From the NCBI RefSeq assembly GCF_044704955.1, contig NC_091989.1, positions 173,972,001 through 174,036,000 of the forward strand: DNA of 64,000 bases, read 5' to 3'. Source of the DNA: Pristiophorus japonicus (taxonomy: Eukaryota). Below are positions 1 to 10,898 of this stretch, piece by piece. Numbering within the stretch: the first letter of the stretch is position 1; every line of letters starts with the position of its first letter. The position numbers and the translations under genes are program-made. The notes below the pieces were generated by a model, which saw only the letters and a program-made list of their open reading frames with translations, was not told the DNA's origin and did not search any database.

Positions 1-1344
1 TAACTATCGAACACAATTACAATAGTCGACTCCGTGAGGCCCTTGACAAGAATGGCTTCAAGGACAAGGTCTTTGTGGAAAGGCGCCTTGGGTTAGAATT
101 TGCACTGCATCTCCACCCGGTTTCTCGGCGGTATTGGTCGTTTTGGGTGAAAACTGGGTCAGTGGAAATTTACATTAAAAAAAAGAAAGAGAGTTCCACC
201 GGGGGTTTGGAAATACCACTGGGGAGCGGACCGCTGGCGTGTACCGTCCAAAAACCGCTATTGCCAGAGTTTTGACTCAGCAGTGACCCGTAGGCAAGTA
301 GAAAAAAAAACGCCTACGAGAAGCAGCGGGAACTGGGCGGTAGCCAAGTAGCCCTGCAAAATAAGATCAGTTCTTGGGCTTTTAATTATTATTTTAAAGT
401 TATTTTATAGTGTTCAAGTTGAAAAAAGGGTCCAGAGAATGTTTTCTGATTTTTTATTTTTTTGAAAAAATATTGTGTGTTTCCCCCCTCCGAGGCCCAA
501 CCCGCAGCCTCAGTCTAAATTTTAGTAATTACCGCTCATTTTGTATAAGAACCGCCCAATCGGCCCAAGATTGTGTTTTCCGCCGAGAATCGGGGTGTAA
601 GGTCCATTTTTTTTCCCGCCGGGTGAAGTATTTTCCTTTTTTGTGGAATTTTTCGCCCGCGGTAATTTTTAAATCTTGGCGGTAATCCGGCACTGGTGGA
701 TTTTGGGGAAATTCTAGCCACTTGTCTTTAGAGTCAGATAGGTTAATGGACATATGGAGACAGCTATTATAATTATGCTTGCTAGTTAATGCTCCCTGTC
801 TGGAAGACAGTCACAAAAGAGAGAAGATGGGAACAGATCATGAGATTGTAAAACGATAATTCAATCATCAGCAGAATGAGGCAAAGCTCAGACAGCCATC
901 AACAAGGAATGTGACTAATGCATATTGAAGAAAGATATCAGAAAGTTAACTTCCAGACCCCCTCGCCACATGGAGGAGACGACTTCAAGGAAGGAAGAAG
1001 AGAGGATGTCCAGTGAAATAGCCCACGTCATCGTCTTCTCGTCCTTGGTAGAATGGTATTTTAACCAAGTCATTATTGTCCAAGTGTGTATAATACATGC
1101 TGTTTGTAATGCATGTGTAACAAACTCTTCTAGTTTACGAAAACGAGTACCCTTGACGTTGTCATTTATGCCAGTCGAATCTAAGCAAATAAGGGCATTT
1201 AAAATCCCCTGCAGAGGGACAACCAATTGCAATTACCTGCTTGTAATAGAGCTCCACCTCATGGACTACTGTGGTAATGCAACTGCTGCTGTAAATACAA
1301 TAAAAGGCATGAAGCTATCTTGACTGTGCTTTAGTGATGTCACA
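1..1344 (+). mobile_element. Possible very old LTR-retrotransposon 3' end (degraded pol tail, PPT, LTR ~1007-1344), interrupted by the MITE at 90-720
   Basis: Purine tract AAGGAAGGAAGAAGAGAGGA is followed by TGT at 1007; AATAAA near 1299; ends ...GTCACA. Protein similarity is weak and broken. Confidence 0.3.
90..720. mobile_element. Non-autonomous DNA transposon (MITE, PIF/Harbinger-like)
   Basis: Imperfect TIRs GGGTTAGAATTT ... AAATTCTAGCCA; 3-bp TSD CTT at 87-89 and 721-723; no recognisable coding capacity. Confidence 0.7.
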
Positions 1345-1368
1345 AAAAAGATATCAGGGCCAAGATGT

Positions 1369-1704
1369 CAGGGCCAAGGAGAGGCGTGAGTTCGGGGCCC
1401 AGATGAAGCGAGGGCCCAGGAGCAGCACAGGCTAGCCCACACTGCGATATGTGCGCGCACTAGAGCTGGTCTCCAGTCGTCTTGGATAATCCTTGCCACT
1501 GGACCAAGACCTAGCTCTGTCAAGCCTGTGGGGTGGCTGGTGTGCAACGCCCACCACACATTAAACAAAATCCACGCGCAGGCATCTTCCATCCTTCAAG
1601 ATTTAGTTCGGGACCTGAAATATTAGGTCCTTCACTGAAACACCTGTGAACTTTTTGGCGTGGAAGCAAGTCATTCTCGACTCGAGGGACTGCCTATGAT
1701 GATG
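1369..1704 (+). mobile_element. Non-autonomous retroelement with RTE-type 3' tail
   Basis: Ends GAGGGACTGCCTATGATGATG, the same tail as the RTE LINE copies at 6934 and 37274; six copies in the window. Confidence 0.7.
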
Positions 1705-2072
1705 CTGCTCAATTTATGCTCTCTGGGTCACCAACTCAACAGACAGCAGTCGTAGTTTTTTCATCGATGAAAACCTCTTCTAATGTCAATACCCACCATA
1801 GATTTTAGATTAGAGAGAAAATGAATAAATTAGTCATATGGGGGGGTTGGTGAGGGGAAAAAATTAGCTTACACGCAAAATATCACAAAGACAATTTGTT
1901 GCATCTTTGTACTTTACAGCAGAGAGCACTGAATACCTTACGCAGGTTGGGAATCTTGACTGATCCACCCCAGGGACACTAACAAATTGCAGCATTCCTT
2001 ACAGCTACCTCAGCACTGAACTTGGGAGTTTCATGGTCTGTTTGATTTAGGACCACAATATACAGTATTTTA

Positions 2073-2400
2073 ATCGCTTCTCGGCCTTTTGGCTAAGATC
2101 ATGCGTAACTGACCTGACAGGGGAGTAACCATGACCAGAAAGTGGTTCTCCCTGGATCAGGAAGGTGGTTCTCCTATGCTTTTTGGAAATAGGAGGTGGG
2201 TAGGGGGCACACATCCACCTCCATGGCACGAACCTGGTATTGCAGTACTTCCAGGAACAGTGCAGTGGCTCTAGGCCTTTTGGCTAAGAGCATTGGCGCA
2301 GAGTGATCCTTGAATGGGCCCAAGGTGACCTCTGGCGTTTGTAATCTGACAAAGAATTGGAAAGATTGGCAACGAATAAATTTTTTTTTTAAATAAAAAA
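2073..2400 (+). mobile_element. U2/U1 snRNA-derived chimeric retroposon (SINEU-like)
   Basis: 2073-2101 match U2 nt 1-29 exactly; ~2106-2174 are two U1 5'/SL1-like segments; ~2176-2264 resemble the U2 3' half; ~2268-2292 is a second U2 SL1; AATAAA and A/T tail; 16-bp TSD AATATACAGTATTTTA at 2057-2072 and 2401-2416. Confidence 0.85.
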
Positions 2401-2992
2401 AATATACAGTATTTTAATTAAAATGATGGCATTTTACACTGAAGGATGTTTTTCTGCTCATTTCATATGCACCAGCAATGCCCAAGTGCCATCGATTGCT
2501 TCATTTCCCTTCCCCCTTTCCCATATCCTTTTAACTTTAACATTCACAAATATTTACCCACTCCCTTTTAAAAAAAAAACCTATTATGAATTCCACTGTT
2601 TCTGAAAGGATATTTCATGTCCCAACAACTCTCTGCAAACTATTTTTTTAACTCCCAATGTCTCCCTTTGTTCTAGTATCCTGAATTTATGCTCTCTGGG
2701 CCACCAACTCAACAGGCAGCAGAAAAAGATTTTTCACCATTCACCTTATGAAAACCCCTTCTAATATCAATACTATTTTAAATGAGAGAGAAAATGAATA
2801 AATAAGCCACATGGGGGGGGGGGGGGGGGGAAACACACACAATGAGCCAAATTACATTTTCTAACTTAAGTCACATAGAATGTACAGCACAGAAACAGGC
2901 TATTCAGCCCAACTGGTCCATGCTGGTGTTCATGCTCCACAGGAAGCTCCTCCCATCTCACCTCATCCAACCATATCTACATATCCTTCTAC

Positions 2993-3310
2993 AATAGCAA
3001 AATACTGCGGATGTTGGAACTCTGAAATAAAACCAGAAAATATTCAGCAGGGCAGTATCAGTTCTGACGAAAGGTCATCGACCTGAAACATTAACTCCAA
3101 TGTTCCCTTTAAACTGTGTGGCCGTGCAGAGCTCTGCAGCTCCCGCACAGCTGGCTCTTAAATAGGAAAAACCGTGCATGCGTGTTATTTTGAATGAGTA
3201 GCGCAGCACACAAAAAAATTAAAGGGAACATTGGTTAACTCTATTTCTCTTTCTCTCTCCACAAGTGTTGCCTGACCTGCTGAATATTTTCAGTATGCTC
3301 TGTTTTTACC
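2993..3310. repeat. Fold-back repeat, probably a Penelope-like element terminus, with a hammerhead core
   Basis: GCAAAATACTGCGGATG.TGGAA.TCTGAAATAAAA arm and its inverted counterpart; CTGACGA...GAAA core at 3064-3088; related copies at ~4600-4795 and ~53225-53480. Confidence 0.5.
3098..3233. mobile_element. hAT-type MITE
   Basis: TIRs CAATGTTCCCTTTAA / TTAAAGGGAACATTG; 8-bp TSD ATTAACTC / GTTAACTC; decayed relatives at ~19385-19510, ~26971-27117 and ~53296-53424. Confidence 0.75.
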
Positions 3311-3387
3311 GCTTCTATTCCTCTCTCTCTCTCTCTTTCGTGCTTATCTAACTTCCCTTTAAATGCATCCAAGAATAATATTTAAAT

Positions 3388-3776
3388 TGAGCCTATACTC
3401 TCTGGAGTTTAGAAGAAGAGAGGCGATCTTACTGAAACAAGATTCTGAAGGGGATTGACAGGGTAGATGCTGAGAGGTTGTTTTCCCTGGCTGGAGAGTC
3501 TAGAAATAGGGAGTATAGTCTCAGGACAAGGTCATTTAGGAGAGAGACGAGGAGAAATTTCTTCACTCACAGAGTTTGAATCTTTGGAATTCTCTATCCC
3601 AAAGGGCTGCGGATGCTGAGTCATTGAGTATATTCAGGGCTGAGATAGATTTTTGGACTTGAGGAATCAAGGGATATGGCAAAAAACTGAGTTAATGTAG
3701 ATCAGCCATGATCTTACTGAATGGCAGAGCAGGCTCGAAGGGCCATATGGCCTACTCCTGCTCTGAATTCTTAAGT
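3388..3776 (+). mobile_element. CR1 LINE 3' fragment
   Basis: YSLEFRR...-type ORF2 end and the GGCCTACTCCTGCTC 3' UTR shared with many copies. Confidence 0.75.
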
Positions 3777-4343
3777 TATTACTTAAAATTAAAAATGTTA
3801 AAAAATAAGAGCTTGCACACAAATATGTCAATAAACCAGATAGATCCATTAAATGCATCTAATAAAATTAAAAATGTTTAAAAATTATAGTTTGCACACA
3901 GATGAACACAAGGAGACACTAGCTTTCTAAGAAAGGAATAGAGAAAAAAAACTTGCATTTATATAGTATCTTTCATGACCACTGTTGTAATGTAGGAAAC
4001 ACGGCAGCCAATGTGCGCACAGGAAGCTCCCACAAACAACAATGTAATAATGACCAGATGATCTGTTTTTAGTTGTGTTGGTTGAGAGATAAATATTGGC
4101 CAGTACAACGGGGATATCTCCCCTGCTAGTCTCCGAATAGTGCCATTGGATCTTTTACGTCCACCCGAGGGTAGATGGGGCCTCAGTTTAACATCTCATC
4201 CGAAAGACAGCATCTCTGACAGTGCAGCATTCCCTTACTACTGACTGGAAACACTCAGTTTTAAAAAAAAAGCAAGGCCGTCAGTCAGCGAGTGTGCAAC
4301 GATTGGCTGGAGATGCTGTCAGTCAGCGAGTGCGCGCGCGGAT

Positions 4344-4344
<1 letters not shown>

Positions 4345-4375
<31 letters not shown>
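4345..4375. repeat. (CA)n microsatellite
   Basis: About 15 CA units, preceded by (CG)4. Confidence 0.95.
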
Positions 4376-4377
<2 letters not shown>

Positions 4378-4894
4378 CAGGCAAGACTAGGCGAGGCGTG
4401 AGCTCCTGTGGCCCAGAAAATTCTCTGTTTCGGCACCGGTCAGGTCCCGAGGGTGCAGGACCAGAGGTCCAGCCTGTAGTGCATTCCAGATCACAATGAC
4501 TCACTGCGTAAAACAGGTTTTTCCCCCTCATAATCGCCCTTGGTTCATCTGCCAAATCACCTTAAATCTGTGCCCTCTGGGAACAGTTTCTCTGTCATCT
4601 AAAACAAAAGCAAAATACTGCGGAGGCTGGAAATCTGAAATGAAAGCAGAAAATGCTGGAAAGACCCAGCAGATTAGGCAGCTTCTGTGGAAAGAGAAAA
4701 ACAGAGATACCATTTCGTCATCGACCTGAAACATCAACTTCGTTTTTCTCTCCCCAGATGCTGCAGTATTTCCAGCATTTTCTGTTTTTATTTCTCACTT
4801 ATCTACCCTATCTGGACCCCCCTCATGATTTTGAGCACCTCTTATCAAATCTCCTCTGACAGAGTTTCCATACAAATGTGTGCACAGACCAAGA

Positions 4895-5515
4895 AAGAAA
4901 GACTTGCATTTATAGAGTACCTTTCATAGCCACGGCAAGTCTCAAAACACTTTACAGCCAATGAAATACTTTGAGCATAGTCACTGTTGTAATGTGGGAA
5001 ACACGGCAGCAAGCTCCCACCAAACAGCAATGTGATAATGACCAGATAATCTGTTTTTGTTATAACACATGAAATAGGAACAGGATTCAGCCTCTCAAGC
5101 CTACTCCGCCATTCAATAAGATCATGGCTGATCTGATCATGGACTCAGCTCCACTTCCCGCCCGCTCCCCATAACCCCTTATCGTTTAAGAAACTGTCTA
5201 TTTCTGTCTTAAATTTATTCAATGTCCCCCAACTTCCACAGCTCTCCACAGAATTCCACAGATTTACAACCCTCAGAGAAGAAATTTCTCCTCATCTCTG
5301 TTTTAAATGCGTGACCCCTTATTCTAAGATCATGCTCTCGCGTTCTAGTCTCCCCCGTTGATTGAGGGATAAATATTGGCCAGGACACCGGGTATAACAC
5401 CCCTGCTCTTCATGACTTCATCTCTCTTCAAATAGGATCTTTTATGCCCACCAGAGAGGGCAGCCAGGGGCCTCGGTTTAACATCTCATCTGAAAGATGG
5501 CACCGCCGACAGTGC
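4895..5515 (-). mobile_element. Deu-domain tRNA-SINE (SacSINE1-like), interrupted by a CR1 3' fragment (~5065-5355)
   Basis: Reverse complement carries the GGTGCCATCTTTCAGATGAGATGTTAAACCGAGG Deu motif and an AAATGCAAGTCTTTCTTT tail. Confidence 0.7.
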
Positions 5516-5516
5516 A

Positions 5517-5801
5517 GACCGGCCAGCCCACACTGCGATCTATGGATAGTAGGAGCAGGCGGCGCACCAGGTCGGAGCTTGGTCTCCAGTCCTCTTGGTT
5601 AACCCTTGCCACTGGATCAAGATCTAGCTCTGCCAAGCCCGTGTGGTGGCTGGTGCGCAACGGCCGCCCCACGTTAAAACAATCCACGCACAGGCATCTT
5701 CCACCCTTCAACATGTAGTTCGGGATCTAGAATGTCAGGTCCCTCAATTGAAACACCTGTGAACTCGTCCCTTTTTGGTGTGGAAGGGAGTCATCCTCGA
5801 T
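5517..5801 (+). mobile_element. RTE-tailed non-autonomous element, partial
   Basis: Same body as 1369-1704. Confidence 0.65.
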
Positions 5802-5959
5802 GGGTACCCTGGGTACTGCACTGGAGTGTCAGCCTTATGTGCCCAAGTCTCTGGAGGTGGGACTTGAAGACAAGAGGGAGACACTGGTTTTCTAAGAAAG
5901 GGACAAGAGGGTGCGAGGGGCCAACCTGGGGATGGGTGGGCGAGTCAGCCGGCACCTAC

Positions 5960-6232
5960 CTGCACCCTGTGCGATTTGACCAGGTGCATGCCGAGAGCCG
6001 GCGTGTTCGGCAGGATCTTGCCACAGCCCGTCACCGTGCACAGGATGTTGGTCCTCACCGCCCGGCTCAGCTCGCTGACGGACGGCCGAATGATCTGGCA
6101 GCTCGGGACCTGTGCTGCTGCTGCTGCTGCGGCTGCGGCTGTTGTTGTTGTTGTCGGAGGTCGCGGTTCCTCCGGCTGCGGGTGAGACGGCTTGTCGCCC
6201 GATCGGCATCCTCCCGCCGCCGCAGCCGCCAT
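5960..6232 (-). CDS. ATMIN: ATM interactor (ASCIZ) coding exon 1, including first C2H2 zinc finger
   Basis: ATG at 6232 in AAGATGG context; ...IIRPSVSELSRAVRTNILCTVTGCGKILPNTPALGMHLVKSHRVQ matches the ATMIN N-terminus; phase-0 donor CAG|GTAGGT at 5960/5959; 273 nt; expected neighbour of CENPN. Confidence 0.95.
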
Positions 6233-6430
6233 CTTGCCGCTCCTCACACGCACCCAACACGTCCTCCCCTGCCGGCCGTCAATCACATTTAACCCTCCTC
6301 CCCTTCCTTCCCATTGGCCGCCTTCCGCCGATCGCCCCGCCCCCGTACCGCGGTGAACTCGTTAATTGGCTGATCGTCACGTCAATTAACTCGCTCATTG
6401 ACCCGCCCCACCCCGTCAGGTTGTCTTGAC
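6233..6430 (-). promoter_or_regulatory. ATMIN CpG-island promoter / 5' UTR
   Basis: CpG-rich; GC boxes CCCCGCCCC and CCCGCCCC; two CCAAT boxes (ATTGG near 6313 and 6365). Confidence 0.7.
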
Positions 6431-6933
6431 CTTATGGACTAACGTCCTTTAAAAATATACATTTTCAGATTGAGCCCACTTTAATTATTAAATCTGTTTT
6501 AATCTATATGGTCTTAAATATTGTCTATTCAAGCCATATTTATGAATTGAATTTGGAAGAATCTGGTTTTCCCTAAAGTTTTTTTTACTTTAACAAAGCC
6601 TTGTTTTGAATTCGTTGCTTTCACTACAAATCCCTTCCCTGCCCCGAGCAACACAACCACTCCAGCATAGTGATCATATATCACTGCGGGCATGCACAAA
6701 GGCAGAGAGATGTCAATCCTTGAAGAAAGAGAGAACTGGCATTTGTATCGCACCTTTCACAGCCTCATGATGTCCCAAAGTGCTTCAAATCGAAGTACTT
6801 TTGAAGTGTTGTAATGGAAGAAACGCAGTAGCTAATTTGCCATAGCAAGGTTCCACAAACAGCAAGGAGATGATCTGTTTTAGCCATGTTGGATGAGGGG
6901 AAAAAAATCAATTTATATAGCATCTTTCATGAC

Positions 6934-7865
6934 CATCATCATAGGCAGTCCCTCGGAATCAAGGAAGCCTTGCTTCCACTCCCTAAGTGAGCTCTTTGAT
7001 GGCTGAACAGTCCGATATGAGAGCCACAGACCATGTCACAGGTGGAACAGACATTCGTCGACAGAAGAGATCGGTGGGACTGGTTTGCCACGCGCTCCTT
7101 CCGCTGCCTGCGCTTGGCCTCTTCATGCGAGCTCAACGCCCTCCCGGATGCACTTTCTCCACCTCGGGTGGTCTTCGGCCAGGGTCTCCCAGGTGTCAGT
7201 GGTGATGTCGCACTTTACCAGGGAGGCTTTGAGGGTGTACTTATAACGTTTTCGCCTTTGGCTCGTTTACCACGAAGGAGCTCCGCATAAAGCATTTGCT
7301 TAGGGAGTCTCGTATCTGGCATGCGAACTGTGTGGCCTGCCCAGCGAAACTGATCGAGTGTGGTCAGTGCTGCAATACTGGGGATGTTAGCCTGGTCAAG
7401 GACACTGATGTTGGTCCGCCTGACCTCCCAGGGGATCCGCAGGATCTTGCGGAGACATCGTTGGTGATATATCTCCAGCAACTTGAGGTGCCTTCTATAC
7501 ATCGTCCATGCCTTAGATCCATACAGGAGGGTGGGTATTACTACAGCCCTGTAGACCATGAGCTTGGTGGTAGATTTGATGGCCTGGTCTTCAAACACTC
7601 TTTTCCTCAGACGGCCGAAGGCTGCACTGGAGGCGATGTTGAATCTCCGCATCAATGTCTGCCTTTGTTAATAAGAGGCTCCCGTGATATGGGAAATGGT
7701 CCACATTGTCGAGAGCCGTGAATCTTGATGACTGGGGGGGCAGTGCTGTGCGGCGGTGACAGGCTGGTGGAGGACCTATGTCTTACGGATGTTAAGCGTA
7801 AGGCCTATGCTTTCATATGCCTCAGTGAATACATTGACTATATGCTGGAGTTCAGCCTCTGAATG
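6934..7865 (-). mobile_element. RTE-clade LINE 3' fragment
   Basis: ORF 7215-7655 (TKLMVYRAVVIPTLLYGS..RWAGHTVRMPDTRLPKQ); C-terminal CSTCDMVC..H finger; (GAT)n tail. Confidence 0.85.
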
Positions 7866-8656
7866 ATCACCAGGCATCCCAAAGCACTTTACAGCCAATG
7901 AAATACTTTTTAAAGTGTAGTCACTGCTGTAATGTAGGAAATGCAGCCAATTCACATACAGCAAGCTCCCACAAACAGCAATGTGATAATGACCAGATAA
8001 TCAGTTTAAATGATGTGGATTGAGGGATAAATATTGCCCAGGACACTGGAGAGAACTCCCTTGCTCTTCTTCGAAATAGTGCCAAGGGTTCTTTTACATC
8101 CACCTGAGGGCAGAAGGGGCATCAGTTTAATGTCTTATCTGAAAGACAGCACCTCCAACAGTGCAGAGCTCCCTCTGGACCAAGGCTGACACCTAGTACA
8201 GTTTATTAACTTTTGTTCCTAACTGTAATTGTACAACACATTCTGTTGCACTCACCTGTAGACAACTTTTAAATGTCAGTCTGGTCCATTTCCAAACAAA
8301 CCTTATGATTTTTTGCCACTTACTTTTTTTTTTAAGTTGATGAAGCGGGACTGCCTGACCCTGACTCCAACTCTGCTCCAATTACAATGCTCTGCGCACC
8401 TGTTCCAAACAGTCCAATGGTCTCAACATAAGTACCTCAGCCGAACCTCCCTTTCTAAACCTATATGGACTCACGCTACAATTAAATTAGTTCATTTTCT
8501 GTTGGTTTAGTGGACATTTAAGTACAACTTTGAGATGGACATCAAATCTGTTAGGCTCATGGATTATCTGAGAGAATCGACATATCTGCACAAACAGGCA
8601 AACTTTAAAACCTCTATTCAGTTAGTGTCTCCTCCTTTTATTATATTAAACTTATA

Positions 8657-10146
8657 GTGATAATTAATCAAAATTCCCTGGATTCTGGGGAGGTCCCAGC
8701 AGATTGGAAAACTGAAAATGTAACACCCCTAATTAAAAAAGGAGGCAGACAAAAAGCAGGAAACTATAGACCAGTTAGCCTAACATATGTGGTTGGGAAA
8801 ATGTTGGAGTCCATTATTAAAGAAGTAGTAGCAGGACATTTGGAAAAGCATAATTCAGTCAGGCAGAGTCAGCATGGATTTATGAAGGGAAAGTCATGTT
8901 TGACAAATTTGCTGGAATTCTTTCAGGATGCAACGAACAGGGTGGATAAAGGAGAACCAGTGGATGTGGTGTATTTGGACTTCCAGAAGGCATTTGACAA
9001 GGTGCCACATAAAAGGTTACTGCACAAGATCAAAGTTCACAAGGTTGGGGGTAATATATTAGCATGGATAGAGGATTGGCTAACTAACAGAAAATGGAGA
9101 GTTGGGATAAATGGTTCATTCTCGGGTTGGCAATCAGTAACTAGTGGTGTGCCGCAGGGATCAGTGCTGGGACCCCAACTATTTACAATCTATATTAACG
9201 ACTTGGAAGAAGGGACCGAGTGTAACGTAGTCAAGTTTGCTGACGATACAAAGATGGGAGGAAAAGCAATGTGTGAGGACACAGAAAACCTGCAAAAGGA
9301 CATAGACAGGCTAAGTGAGTGCGCAAAAAATTGGCAGATGGAGTATAATGTTGGAAAGTGTGAGGTTCTGCACTTTGGCAGAAAAAAATCGAAGCACAAG
9401 GTATTGTTTAAATGGAGAAAAATTGCAAAGTGCTGCAGTATAGCAGGGGTCCTGGTGCATGAAACACAAAAGATTAGTATACAGGTACAGCAAGTGATCA
9501 GGCAGGCCAATGGAATCTTGGCCTTTATTGCAAAGTGGATGGAGTATAAAAGCAGGGAAGTCTTGCTACAATTATATAGGGTATTGGTGAGGCCACATCT
9601 GGAATACTGCATACAATTTTGATTTCCATATTTAAGAAAGGATATACTTGCTTTGGAGGCAATTCAGAGAAGGTTCACTGGGTTGATTCTGGAGACGAGG
9701 GGGTTGACTTATGAAGAAAGATTGAGTAGGTTGGTCCTCTACTGATTGGAATTCAGAAGAATGAGAGGCGGTCGTATCGAAACGTATAAGATTATGAGGG
9801 GGTTTTACAAGGCGGCTGCAGAGAGGATGTTTCCACTGATAGGGGAGACTAGAACTATGGGGCATAACCTTAGAATAAGGGACCGCCCATTTAAAACTGA
9901 GATGAGGAAGAATTTCTTCTCAGAGGATTGTAAATCTGTGGAATTCGCTGCCTCAGAGAGCTGTGAAAGCTGGGTCATTGAATAAATTTAAGAAAGAGAT
10001 AGACAGTTTCTTAACCGATAAGGGAATAAGGTGTTATGGGGAGTGGTTAGGGAAGTGGACGTGAGTCCATGATCGGATCAGCCACGATCGTATTAAATAG
10101 CGGAGCAGGTTCGAGGGCCGTATGGCCTACTGCTGCTTATGTTCTT
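8657..10146 (+). mobile_element. CR1 LINE, RT region to 3' end, degenerate
   Basis: YRPVSLT, QHGF, YLDFQKAFDKVPH, GVPQGSVLGP and FADD motifs. Confidence 0.92.
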
Positions 10147-10346
10147 TACCAATCCAGTTGTGAGACATATACTTTGTCTTATTTTTAGCTCTTATTTTAA
10201 ACCATGTATTAGGCACCTACAACTGAATTCTCTCATTTTTGGTAAGCAAGAAAATATTAAAATAAATTGCTGCAGTTACAACAGAGCTGTCAACAAGCCC
10301 CTGAACCTGATGGCTGACATCCTAGGGTTTTGAAAGAGGTGGCTAT

Positions 10347-10898
10347 TGTAATGTATTTGCTTCATGGGTTGTTTGCTTAAGAATTCATAGCAACACATTG
10401 CTATTAAGAACTAGTTGGTTTATTAACAAAGGTTTAACAATCATACTACACATTACCAGTTCACCCACTAGGCTCACTACTGCATACCTCATCGTGGATG
10501 ATCGAGACCCAACTGACTGGGGTTTTATTGAGTCTGTGAACATCACATGACTGGCCAAGCCACCAACAATGCAACTCTTTTAAAGGAGACAAATAAACAT
10601 TAGGTCAAGTGACCCCCGATCTGGGGGACACGGCAAACATTTTCGAGGCCCTTTTTTTGTTTTTTTGGGCACTAAAATCAAAATTTTTTTCCAAGTGCCC
10701 CCTATAAAAGGGGAGGGGGACACTAAAAACACCAGCAATTAAAACAAATTAAACTTTAAAACATAAAATCAAATTAAAATTTTGTTGCCGGGGGTGATGA
10801 TGCACTCCAGTCCCTCCGGCGCCCACCTCTCACGGAAGGCCGCCCATCAACAATGCAACGCAACACCCGTGAGCATACTCACAGGTGCCGACATTACA
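10347..10898 (-). mobile_element. Solo LTR (contains a Tx1-like insertion)
   Basis: Perfect 8-bp terminal inverted repeat TGTAATGT...ACATTACA; two minus-strand AATAAA; interrupts CR1. Confidence 0.6.
10576..10847 (-). mobile_element. 5'-truncated L1/Tx1-clade LINE 3' end
   Basis: 12-bp TSD CAACAATGCAAC at 10564-10575 and 10848-10859; minus strand encodes AAFRERWAPEGLECIITP, recalled as a Tx1-like ORF2 C-terminus, followed by a T-rich 3' UTR. Confidence 0.6.

Noticed and set aside
2073-2264. Functional U2 (or U1) snRNA gene
   Set aside because: Branch-point recognition region and SL2 are replaced by U1-like sequence, the Sm site is altered, and TSDs plus a tail indicate retroposition
1-5959. 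Further ATMIN exons
   Set aside because: No match found to the expected exon 2 peptide (DG..NPT..CCPIEGCPRG); presumably left of the window
5732-6292. 186-aa Cys-rich ORF on plus strand
   Set aside because: Antisense shadow of the GC-rich ATMIN exon and its triplet repeat
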